Positions 49,407 to 61,000 of a stretch of DNA of 64,000 nucleotides are shown in pieces. The stretch lies in contig NW_026948141.1 in NCBI RefSeq assembly GCF_963921235.1, forward strand, positions 186,001 to 250,000, read 5' to 3'. Within the stretch, counting starts at the first letter, position 1, and every line of letters starts with the position of its first letter. Origin of the DNA: Mobula hypostoma. Lineage: Eukaryota. Position numbers and translations under genes: made by a program. The notes under the pieces are model-generated. The model saw only the letters and a list, made by a program, of their open reading frames with translations. It did not search any database and was not told where the DNA came from.

Positions 49407-51410
49407 TTATTTTTGTGTTAGCCATGGAGGTCATTGTGAGGGCTGCAGAATCAGTGGGACCAGGTGTCGCACTTGATGGCAGAGGGGAGTTACCACCAAT
49501 ATGAGCATTCATGGACGATTTCACCCTTTTGGGTCCCAGCAACGGAGGCAGTGGAAAATGTACTATCTAGACTCGAGGAGCTAATGGATTGGGGAAGAAT
49601 GAAGTTCAAGACCAAGAAGTCAAGGAGCCTTGTTCTTAGGAGAGGAAAGCTGGTTGACTTTCATTTCACCCTTTGTGGAGAGGAGATTCCATCCATTCAG
49701 GACCAACCAGTTAAGAACCAGAGGAGCTGAGAGTCACCAAGAGGGTTCAAGAGACAGGAGGACAGATCAGCAGAGGTCTGATGTCTGTTGACAAGCGTGG
49801 CTTGCCTGGCAAGTTGAAGTTGTGCTTGTAGTACAGACTGATGCCACAGATAATGTGGCCATTAACTGTCTGTGAAGTGGCAATGTCCCACGTTGAGGCA
49901 ATGGAACGGAAGATCAACAAGTATGTGAAGAAGTGGCTTGGAGTACTGAGCAGCCTCACCAATGTTGCAATCCACAATAGCCAGACAAAGCTTACCATCC
50001 CAGTGCAATCCCTTGTTGAGAAAGTCAAGGTAGCTAAGGTAAGATCATTCTTGATGCTTCGAGACTCAAAAGACCCTGTCATCAAGAACGCCCAGCCGGA
50101 TGTGAGATCAGGCAGGAAGTGGTCAGCCCATGTAGCAGTTGATGAGGCAGAGTCTAGATTGAAGCACAAGGAGATGGTTGGGGCTACCCAGCTAAGCCGC
50201 CAGGGACTTGGATGGACAACCCACAAGTGGTGGTCATCTTCCACAGGTAAGGAGCTTGTAACACAAGAAGTACGAGAGGTAGAAGAGGAGAAGAGGTTAG
50301 CTAAAACAGCTGGCCTGGCCAAACAAGGGGCTTGGACCTGGTGGGAAAGTGTTGAACAACGACATCCATCTTGGAATGTTCTGTGGCAGATGGAACCACT
50401 CCGCATTTCTTTTCCACACAGAGCAATGTACGATCTGCTCCCAACACCTGCCAACCTCAGCACCTGGTATGAAGATAAGACAGACAGGTGTGCTGCTTGT
50501 GGCGAGAAGGGAAAATATTTTGAGTCCATGCAGAGTCAATCTTTCCAGTGGCATGTACACTTGGAGACATAACAACGTTCTCAAAATTGTAACAGAAGTG
50601 GGTGAGCAGAGAGTACTTCAGCACAACTTATCTCATGCCCCATGCTGCACAGAACATCGCATATCATTTGTGAAAGAAGGCTCCAAGTCAAGGGTGTACA
50701 GCGCAGGCTCACGATCAAGCATACTTTCCTCAGCCAATGATTGGTGTGTCAAGGCTGACCTGGATGGGAAAGGCAGTTTCCCGGAGCAAATAGCTTTCAC
50801 CACATTGCGTCCAGATATAATCGTATGGTCTGACACCAGTAGAGAAGTGGTTATTGGTGAACTCACAGTCCCCTGGGAAGACAACATCGATGAAGCCCAT
50901 GAGCGCAAGTTAACCAAGTATGCAGAGTCAAGATCAGAGTGCAGAGACAGAGGGTGGAAGGTCTCATGCTATCCATTCGAAGTAGGCTGCCATGGGTTTA
51001 TTGCGTTCACTTTCCAGAAGTGGCTGCGTGACCTTGGCTTCACTAGAAGAGAGATCAAGTCAACCAGCAGGGCTGTAGCTGAGGCAGCAGAGACAGGACC
51101 AGCATGGGTGTGGACCAAGTATGTCCAGAGGGGCAGAGAGTCGGACAGTGTATCCATCTTTTGCAAACCCTTCAGTAGTTGCATAGACACCTGAAGAGTA
51201 GACTATCTGTTGGATGGAAGCAACCAACAACTCTGATAGAGGCAGATGCCAAGTTTTTAAGCTCACCAGTGGGAGGTGGTGCTTTAGCACTGCTGATCCA
51301 CCACCTCGAGGGAGCCTTGATCATAAGCGGGCCGAAACTCCTGAAGACAGGTGGCAGATCAACTGATGATCCCTCTGGTGATAGCACAGGACAGTTAACA
51401 TCTTAGTCCA
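49407..51410 (+). mobile_element. 5'-truncated Hero-like (R2 group) non-LTR retrotransposon with restriction-like endonuclease
   Basis: LFVLAME...AFMDD (RT), GLPGKLK, GRKWSA, YDLLPTPANL, CAACGEKG knuckle, YTWRHNNVL, RPDIIVWS...ELTVPWED...ERKLTKY and PFEVGCHGF. Several stops and frameshifts. Inserted in a Penelope 3' tail (49080-49405 / 51440-51505). Confidence 0.9.
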
Positions 51411-51571
51411 CGTGTATTTTGTAACTCTTTCCCTCACTTGACTGACTTGCTGAGTTCCTCCAGCATTTTGTGTGTGTTGCCTGGATTTCCAGCATCTGCA
51501 GAACCTCCTGCATTTGTGATCTGCTACCATTCTCTACCAGCTGCAGTTCCCTCATCTGTCACCTTATCCTC

Positions 51572-51612
51572 GTGTGGGTGTGTGTGTGTTTGTGGGTGTG
51601 TGCGTGTGTGTG
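51572..51612. repeat. Imperfect (GT)n microsatellite
   Basis: gtgtgggtgtgtgtgtgtttgtgggtgtgtgcgtgtgtgtg. Confidence 0.85.
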
Positions 51613-51697
51613 CTCTGTCTCTCCCCTAACTGAAGGCTGGGCCTTGCGCCCAGCCCCCATTCTGAGTCCTTTAACCTGTTCTCCTTTCTCTTTTAAG

Positions 51698-52040
51698 ATG
51701 CTCCTAACAGCTATTTGTGGCTTGACTAAAATCCTTCTTTGTTTAATTCATTATTCATTGAAGGAAAGTGTGTTTCGCAGGCTGAGCCTGTCTTTAATTG
51801 CCTGACGCTGAGTTACCCTGGACAAAGTGGCGATGAGCTCTGTAGTCCTTGTGGTTTGGGTATCATTTTGTCCACAGGCTCCACTTTAATTTTGCTTCCT
51901 CTTGTGTGTATTGTGACCTTTCTGTGTTAAAAGCATTATATAAATGCAAATGACTGATGTTACCATGGTGCATTTGACAAGAGGAAGATTGTATCAGTCT
52001 GAAAAATTCTATTTCAGTGTTCATAAATAAGATATAAACT
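51698..52040 (+). other. Candidate non-coding terminal (3' UTR) exon of LRRC56
   Basis: Unique AT-rich island preceded by a branch-like tttaac and ctcctttctcttttaag| acceptor. Would pair with the unexplained donor at 31005. No canonical AATAAA seen. Confidence 0.35.
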
Positions 52041-53143
52041 AATGTCCCTAGTTAAAGACTAAAAAGGGGCATCCTAGTAAAAGAAGCGACGTCCATTTAC
52101 AACAAAGATGAGGAGGAATTTCTTTATCCAGAGGGTGGTGAATCTGTGGAATTCATTGCCACAGACAGCTGTAGAGGCCAAATCATTGAGTATGTGTAAA
52201 GCAGAGGTTGATATGTTCTTGATTAGTCAGGGCGTCAAAGGTTACAGGGAGAAGGCAGAAGAATGGGGTTGAGAGGGATAATAAATCAGTCATGATGGAA
52301 TGGTGGGGCAGACTTGATGGACCGAATGGCCTAATTCTGCTCCTGTCTTATGTTCTTACAGAATACTTGCCCCTCAGGTCCTCTTAAATCTCTTCCTTAA
52401 AACCGTGCCCTCTAGTTTTAGACTCCCCTACCCTCGGGAAAATCCTTTGACTTATCTTTGCCTCTCATTACTAACCGTAACCCATGACCTCTGGTTGTAG
52501 TCCCACCCAACCTCAGTGGAAAAAGCCTGCTTGCCTTTACCCTATCTATATCCCTCGTAATTTTGCATACCTGTATCAAATCTCCTCTCAGTCTTCTACA
52601 TTCTGAAGAATATAGTCTTAACCTATTCAATCATTACTCATAACTCAAGTCCTCTAGACGCGACAACATCCTCGTAAGTTTTCTCTGTACCCTTTCAACC
52701 TTGAAAAGGAAAATAAAAGGCACCACACATCAAAGTCCAATCTCTTCGTGCACAAACAGTTGGAGCTCAAGGACCTTCTTCTTCACCCTGCGACCCCTCG
52801 GACCACCTCGACCGGCCGCCACTATGGAGTAGTCAGTATGTGGAATGAGCTGCCAGACGTAAGAACAGCAACAACATTGAACAATGTCTGATTGATCAGG
52901 GCACAGAGGGATGTGGGATTCACCCAAGTAAGTTGGATTAGTGTCAGTGAGCTTGATGTTCAGCATAGATATGGTGGGCCGAAGGGCCTGTGGCAACGTC
53001 CTATGTCAATGTTGGCTGCTCATTCAGAATTGGGTTTATTATCACTGACACGATGTGAGCTTTATTGTTTTGTAGCAACAGTGCCATGCAAGTTTCAAAA
53101 CTTATGAGAGACCTAGATGGGGTTTATAGTCAGAATCTCTTTC

Positions 53144-54745
53144 CATAGAAAAACTACAGAACCATAGAAACTGCAGCACAGAAACAGGCCCTTTGGCCCT
53201 TCTTGGCTGTGCCGAACCATTTTCTGCCTAGTCCCACTGACCTGCACACAGACCATATCCCTCCATACACCTCCCATCCATGTATCTGTCCAATTTATTC
53301 TTAAATGTTAAAAAAGAACCCGCATTTACCACCTCATCTGGCAGCTCATTCCATACTCCCACCACTCTCTGTGTGAAGAAGCGCCCCCCCAATGTTCCCT
53401 TTAAACTTTTCCCCCCTCACCCTTAACCCATGTCCTCTGGTTTTTTTCTCCCCTTGCCTCAGTGGAAAAAGCCTGCTTGCATTCACTCTATCTATACCCA
53501 TCATAATTTTATATACCTCTATCAAATCTCCCCTCATTCTTCTACGCTCCAGGGAATAAAGTCCTAACCTATTCAACCTTTCTCTGTAACTGAGTTTCTC
53601 AAGTCCCGGCAACATCCTTGTAAACCTTCTCTGCACTCTTTCAACCTTATTTATATCCTTCCTGTAATTTGGTGACCAAAACTGAACACAATACTCCAGA
53701 TCCGGCCTCACCAGTGCCTTATACAACCTCATCATAACATTCCAGCTCTTATACTCAATACTTCGATTAATAAAGGCCAATGTACCAAAAGCTCTCTTTA
53801 CGACCCTATCTACCTGTGACGACACCTTTAGGGAATTTTGTATCTGTATTCCCAGATCCCTCTGTTCCACTGCACTCCTCAGTGCCTTACCATTAACCCT
53901 GTATGTTCTACCTTGGTTTGTCCTTCCAACGTGCAATACCTCACACTTGTCAGTATTAAACTCCATCTGCCATTTTTCAGCCCAATTTTCCAGCTGGTCC
54001 AAGTCCCTCTGCAGGCTCTGAAAACCTTCCTCATTGTCTACTACACCTCCAATCTTTGTATCATCAGCAAACTTGCTGATCCAATTTACCACATTATCAT
54101 CCAGATCATTGATATAGATGACAAATAACAATGGACCCAGCACTGATCCCTGTGGCACACCACTAGTCACAGGCCTCCACTCAGAGAAGCAATTCTCTAC
54201 CACCACTCTCTGGCTTCTTCCATCGAGCCAATGTCCAATCCAATTTACCACCTCTTCATGTATACCTAGCGACTGAATTTTCCTAACTAACCTCCCATGC
54301 GGGACCTTGTCAAAGGCCTTACTGAAGTCCATGTAGACAATATCCACTGCCTTCCCTTCATCCACTTTCCTGGTAACCTCCTTGAAAAACTCCAATAGAT
54401 TGGTCAAACATGACCTACCATGCACAAAGCCATGTTGACTCTCCCTAATAAGCCCTTGTCTATCCAAATGCTTGTAGATTCTGTCTCTTAGTACTCCCTC
54501 CAATAACTTACCTACTACTGACGTTAAACTCACCGGCCTATAATTTCCCGGATTACTTTTCGATCCTTTTTTAAACAACGGAACAACATGAGCCACTCTC
54601 CAATCCTCCGGCACCCCACCTGTAGACAGCGACATTTTAAATATTTCTGCCAGGGCCCCCGCAATTTCAACACCAGTCTCCTTCAAGGTCCGAGGGAACA
54701 CCCTGTCAGGTCCCGGGGATTTATCCACTTTAATTTTCCTCAAGA
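53144..54745 (-). mobile_element. Young 5'-truncated CR1 LINE with open RT
   Basis: ORF 53346-54743 (465 aa), nearly identical to ORF 42326-43684. Confidence 0.95.
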
Positions 54746-54839
54746 TAGAGTAGAGTTGTCAAACATAAGTTGGAATCAAGACCAACACAACAGCATGAAC
54801 CAAGTTGCCCATCCATTGCTGTTCTATTCTCCTACTTAA

Positions 54840-55050
54840 GCCGATTACCAGCAACAGCTCACCACAGTCCTCTATCCTGGGCCGATTGAAGATTGATCAA
54901 CCCCTGTGGGTTCTGATTTCACCACGTGACTTCATATGCCTTCCAGGCAAAGACCTTTTCTCTCCGAAGGATGAGATCTTTGGAGCTTCTGTTTCTGTTT
55001 CTGTAGCTCTGGGTTTTTACAGGATGGGGTTGCTAGTGCCATGTTCAACT
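54840..55050 (-). mobile_element. RTE-like non-autonomous element (5' UTR fused to 3' end)
   Basis: Minus strand ...actagcaaccccatcctgtaaaa... (RTE-type 5' UTR) followed by gcccaggatagaggactgtggtgagctgttg (AQDRGLW.AV, RTE C-terminus remnant). Confidence 0.5.
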
Positions 55051-58000
55051 CTCCTCCTTTCACAGCCGGGTTTGGGACTGTCCATGGGGAGTTCATACCC
55101 GTTCCTCCTCCTTTCACAGCCAGGTTTGGGACTGTCCATGGGGAGTTCATACCCAACCCTCCTCCTTTCACAGCCGGGTTTGGGACTGTCCTTGGGGAGT
55201 TCATACCCAACCATCCTCCTTTCACAGCCGGATTTGGGACTTTCCATGGGGAGTTCATACCTGTTCCTCCTCCTTTCACAGCCGGGTTTGGGACTGTCCA
55301 TGGGGAGTTCATACCCGACCCTTCTCCTTTCACAGCCGGGTTTGGGACTGTCCATGGGGAGTTCATACCCGTTCCTCCTCGTTTCACAGCCAGGTTTGGG
55401 ACTGTCCATGGGGAGTTCATACCCGTTCCTCCTCCTGTCACAGCCAGGTTTGGGACTGTCCATGGGGAGTTCATACCCAACCCTCCTCCTTTCACAGCCA
55501 GGTTTGGGACTGTCCTTGGGGAGTTCATACCCAACCATCCTCCTTTCACAGCCGGATTTGGGACTTTCCATGGGGAGTTCATACCTGTTCCTCCTCCTTT
55601 CACAGCCGGGTTTGGGACTGTCCATGGGGAGTTCATACCCGACCCTTCTCCTTTCACAGCCAGGTTTGGGACTGTCCATGGGGAGTTCATACCCAACCCT
55701 CCTCCTTTCACAGCCAGGTTTGGGACTGTCCATGGGGTTCATACCCCCTCCTCCTTTCACAGCCGGGTTTGGGACTGTTCATGGGGAGTTCATACCCAAC
55801 CCTCCTCCTTTCACAGCCGGTTTGGACTGTAGGTCAGCCGTTTGGGACTCATGGGGAGTTCATACCCGTTCCTCCTCCTTTCACAGCCGGGTTTGGGACT
55901 GTCCATGGGGAGTTCATACCCAACCCTCCTCCTTTCACGTTCATACCCGTTCCTCCTCCTTTCACAGCCGGGTTTGGGACTGTCCATGGGGAGTTCATAC
56001 CCAACCCTCCTCCTTTCACAGCCGGGTTTGGGACTGTCCATGGGGAGTTCATACCCAACCCTCCTCCTTTCACAGCCGGGTTTGGGACTGTCCATGGGGA
56101 GTTCATACCCAACCCTCCTCCTTTCACAGCCGGGTTTGGGACTGTCCATGGGGAGTTCATACCCAACCCTCCTCCTTTCACAGCCGGGTTTGGGACTGTC
56201 CATGGGGAGTTCATACCCGTTCCTCCTCCTTTCACAGCCGGGTTTGGGACTGTCCAGGGGAGTTCATACCCGTTCCTCCTCCTTTCACAGCCGGGTTTGG
56301 GACTGTCCATGGGGAGTTCATACCCAACCCTCCTCCTTTCACAGCCGGGTTTGGGACTGTCCATGGGGAGTTCATACCCAACCCTCCTCCTTTCACAGCC
56401 GGGTTTGGGACTGTCCATGGGGAGTTCATACCCAACCCTCCTCCTTTCACAGCCGGGTTTGGGACTGTCCATGGGGAGTTCATACCCAACCCTCCTCCTT
56501 TCACAGCCAGGTTTGGGACTGTCCATGGGGAGTTCATACCCGTTCCTCCTCCTTTCACAGCCGAGTTTGGGACTGTCGATGGGGAGTTCATACCCGTTCC
56601 TCCTCCTTTCACAGCCGGGTTTGGGACTGTCCATGGGGAGTTCATACCCGTTCCTCCTCCTTTCACAGCCAGGTTTGGGACTGTCCATGGGGAGTTCATA
56701 CCCGTTCCTCCTCCTTTCACAGCCGGGTTTGGGACTGTCGATGGGGAGTTCATACCCGTTCCTCCTCCTTTCACAGCCGGGTTTGGGACTGTCCATGCAG
56801 AGTTCATACCCGTTCCTCCTCCTTTCACAGCCGGGTTTGGGACTGTCCATGGGGAGTTCATACCCGTTCCTCCTCCTTTCACAGCCGGGTTTGGGACTGT
56901 CGATGGGGAGTTCATACCCGTTCCTCCTCCTTTCACAGCCGGGTTTGGGACTGTCCATGCGGAGTTCATACCCAACCCTCCTCCTTTCACAGCCAGGTTT
57001 GGGACTGTCCATGGGGAGTTCATACCCGTTCCTCCTCCTTTCACAGCCGTGTTTGTGACTGTCGATGGGGAGTTCATACCCGTTCCTCCTCCTTTCACAG
57101 CCGGGTTTGGGACTGTCCATGCGGAGTTCATACCCAACCCTCCTCCTTTCACAGCCGGGATTGGGACTGTCCATGGGGAGTTCATACCCGTTCCTCCTCC
57201 TTTCACAGCCGGGTTTGGGACTGTCCATGGGGAGTTCATACCCAACTCTCCTCCTTTCACAGCCGGGTTTGGGACTGTCCATGGGGAGTTCATACCCGTT
57301 CCTCCTCCTTTCACAGCCGGGTTTGGGACTGTCCATGGGGAGTTCATACCTGTTCCTCCTCCTTTCACAGCCGGGTTTGGGACTGTCCATGGGGAGTTCA
57401 TACCCGTTCCTCCTCCTTTCACAGCCGGGTTTGGGACTGTCCATGGGGAGTTCATACCCGTTCCTCCTCCTTTCACAGCCGGGTTTGGGACTGTCGATGG
57501 GGAGTTCATACCCGTTCCTCCTCCTTTCACAGCCGGGTTTGGGACTGTCCATGCGGAGTTCATACCCAACCCTCCTCCTTTCACAGCCGGGTTTGGGACT
57601 GTCCATGGGGAGTTCATACCCGTTCCTCCTCCTTTCACAGCCGGGTTTGGGACTGTCCATGGGGAGTTCATACCCGTTCCTCCTCCTTTCACAGCCGGGT
57701 TTGGGACTGTCCATGGGGAGTTCATACCCAACCCTCCTCCTTTCACAGCCGGATTTGGGATTTTCCATGGGGAGTTCATACCTGTTCCTCCTCCTTTCAC
57801 AGCCGGGTTTGGGTCTGTCCATGGGGAGTTCATACCCGACCCTTCTCCTTTCACAGCCAGGTTTGGGACTGTCCATGGGGAGTTCATACCCAAGCCTCCT
57901 CCTTTCACAGCCAGGTTTGGGACTGTCCATGGGGAGTTCATACCCAACCCTCCTCCTTTCACAGCCGGGTTTGTGACTGTCCATGGGGAGTTCATACCCA

Positions 58001-61000
58001 ACCCTCCTCCTTTCACAGCCGGGTTTGGGACTGTCCATGGGGAGTTCATACCCAACCCTCCTCCTTTCACAGCCGGGTTTGGGACTGTCCATGGGGAGTT
58101 CATACCCGTTCCTCCTCCTTTCACAGCCGGGTTTGGGACTGTCCATGGGGAGTTCATACCCGTTCCTCCTCCTTTCACAGCCGGGTTTGGGACTGTCCAT
58201 GGGGAGTTCATACCCGTTCCTCCTCCTTTCACAGCCGGGTTTGGGACTGTCCATGGGGAGTTCATACCCAACCCTCCTCCTTTCACAGCCGGGTTTGGGA
58301 CTGTCCATGGGGAGTTCATACCCAACCCTCCTCCTTTCACAGCCGGGTTTGGGACTGTCCATGGGGAGTTCATACCCGTTCCTCCTCCTTTCACAGCCAG
58401 GTTTGGGACTGTCCATGGGGAGTTCATACCCGTTCCTCCTCCTTTCACAGCCGGGTTTGGGACTGTCGATGGGGAGTTCATACCCGTTCCTCCTCCTTTC
58501 ACAGCCGGGTTTGGGACTGTCCATGCGGAGTTCATACCCGTTCCTCCTCCTTTCACAGCCGGGTTTGGGACTGTCCATGGGGAGTTCATACCCGTTCCTC
58601 CTCCTTTCACAGCCGGGTTTGGGACTGTCCATGCGGAGTTCATACCCAACCCTCCTCCTTTCACAGCCGGGTTTGGGACTGTCCATGGGGAGTTCATACC
58701 CGTTCCTCCTCCTTTCACAGCCGGGTTTGGGACTGTCCATGGGGAGTTCATACCCAACTCTCCTCCTTTCACAGCCGGGTTTGGGACTGTCCATGGGGAG
58801 TTCATACCCGTTCCTCCTCCTTTCACAGCCGGGTTTGGGACTGTCCATGGGGAGTTCATACCTGTTCCTCCTCCTTTCACAGCCGGGTTTGGGACTGTCC
58901 ATGGGGAGTTCATACCCGTTCCTCCTCCTTTCACAGCCGGGTTTGGGACTGTCCATGGGGAGTTCATACCCGTTCCTCCTCCTTTCACAGCCGGGTTTGG
59001 GACTGTCGATGGGGAGTTCATACCCGTTCCTCCTCCTTTCACAGCCGGGTTTGGGACTGTCCATGCGGAGTTCATACCCAACCCTCCTCCTTTCACAGCC
59101 GGGTTTGGGACTGTCCATGGGGAGTTCATACCCGTTCCTCCTCCTTTCACAGCCGGGTTTGGGACTGTCGATGGGGAGTTCATACCCGTTCCTCCTCCTT
59201 TCACAGCCGGGTTTGGGACTGTCCATGCGGAGTTCATACCCAACCCTCCTCCTTTCACAGCCGGGTTTGGGACTGTCCATGGGGAGTTCATACCCGTTCC
59301 TCCTCCTTTCACAGCCGGGTTTGGGACTGTCCATGGGGAGTTCATACCCAACTCTCCTCCTTTCACAGCCGGGTTTGGGACTGTCCATGGGGAGTTCATA
59401 CCCGTTCCTCCTCCTTTCACAGCCGGGTTTGGGACTGTCCATGGGGAGTTCATACCTGTTCCTCCTCCTTTCACAGCCGGGTTTGGGACTGTCCATGGGG
59501 AGTTCATACCCGTTCCTCCTCCTTTCACAGCCGGGTTTGGGACTGTCCATGGGGAGTTCATACCCGTTCCTCCTCCTTTCACAGTCAGGTTTGGGACTGT
59601 CCATGGGGAGTTCATACCCGTTCCTCCACCTTTCACAGCCGGGTTTGGGACTGTCGATGGGGAGTTCATACCCGTTCCTCCTCCTTTCACAGCCGGGTTT
59701 GGGACTGTCCATGCGGAGTTCATACCCGTTCCTCCTCCTTTCACAGCCGGGTTTGGGACTGTCCATGGGGAGTTCATACCCGTTCCTCCTCCTTTCACAG
59801 CCGGGTTTGGGACTGTCCATGGGGAGTTCATACCCGTTCCTCCTCCTTTCACAGCCGGGTTTGGGACTGTCCATGGGGAGTTCATACCCAACCCTCCTCC
59901 TTTCACAGCCGGGTTTGGGACTGTCCATGGGGAGTTCATACCCGTTCCTCCTCCTTTCACAGCCGGGTTTGGGACTGTCCATGGGGAGTTCATACCCGTT
60001 CCTCCTCCTTTCACAGCCGGGTTTGGGACTGTCCATGGGGAGTTCATACCCAACCCTCCTCCTTTCACAGCTGGGTTTGGGACTGTCCATGGGGAGTTCA
60101 TACCCAACCCTCCTCCTTTCACAGCCGGGTTTGGGACTGTCCATGGGGAGTTCATACCCGTTCCTCCTCCTTTCACAGCCGAGTTTGGGACTGTCCATGT
60201 GGAGTTCATACCCAACCCTCCTCCTTTCACAGCTGGGTTTGGGACTGTCCATGGGGAGTTCATACCCAACCCTCCTCCTTTCACAGCCGGGTTTGGGACT
60301 GTCCATGGGGAGTTCATACCCAACTCTCCTCCTTTCACAGCCGGGTTTGGGACTGTCCATGGGGAGTTCATACCCGTTCCTCCTCCTTTCACAGCCGAGT
60401 TTGGGACTGTCCATGTGGGAGTTCTATCCGTTCATACCCAACCCTCCTCCTTTCACAGCTGGGTTTGGGACTGTCCATGGGGAGTTCATACCCAACCCTC
60501 CTCCTTTCACAGCCGGGTTTGGGACTGTCCATGGGGAGTTCATACCAAACCCTCCTCCTTTCACAGCCGGGTTTGGGACTGTCCATGGGGAGTTCATACC
60601 CGTTCCTCCTCCTTTCACAGCCGGGTTTGGGACTGTCCATGTGGAGTTCATACACGTTCCTCCTCCTTTCACAGCTGGGTTTGGGACTGTCCATGGGGAG
60701 TTCATACCCAACCCTCCTCCTTTCACAGCCGGGTTTGGGACTGTCCATGGGGAGTTCATACCCAACGATCCTCCTTTCACAGCCGGGTTTGGGACTGTCC
60801 ATGCGGAGTTCATACCCGTTCCTCCTCGTTTCACAGCCGGGTTTGGGACTGTCCATGGGGAGTTCATACCCGTTCCTCTTCCTTTCACAGCCGGGTTTGG
60901 GACTGTCCATGGGGAGTTCATACCCAACCCTCCTCCTTTCACAGCCGGGTTTGGGACTGTCCATGGGGAGTTCATACCCGTTCCTCCTCCTTTCACAGCC

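Noticed and set aside
49407..51410. R2 element in rDNA
   Set aside because: No 28S sequence in the flanks; motifs fit the Hero clade better.
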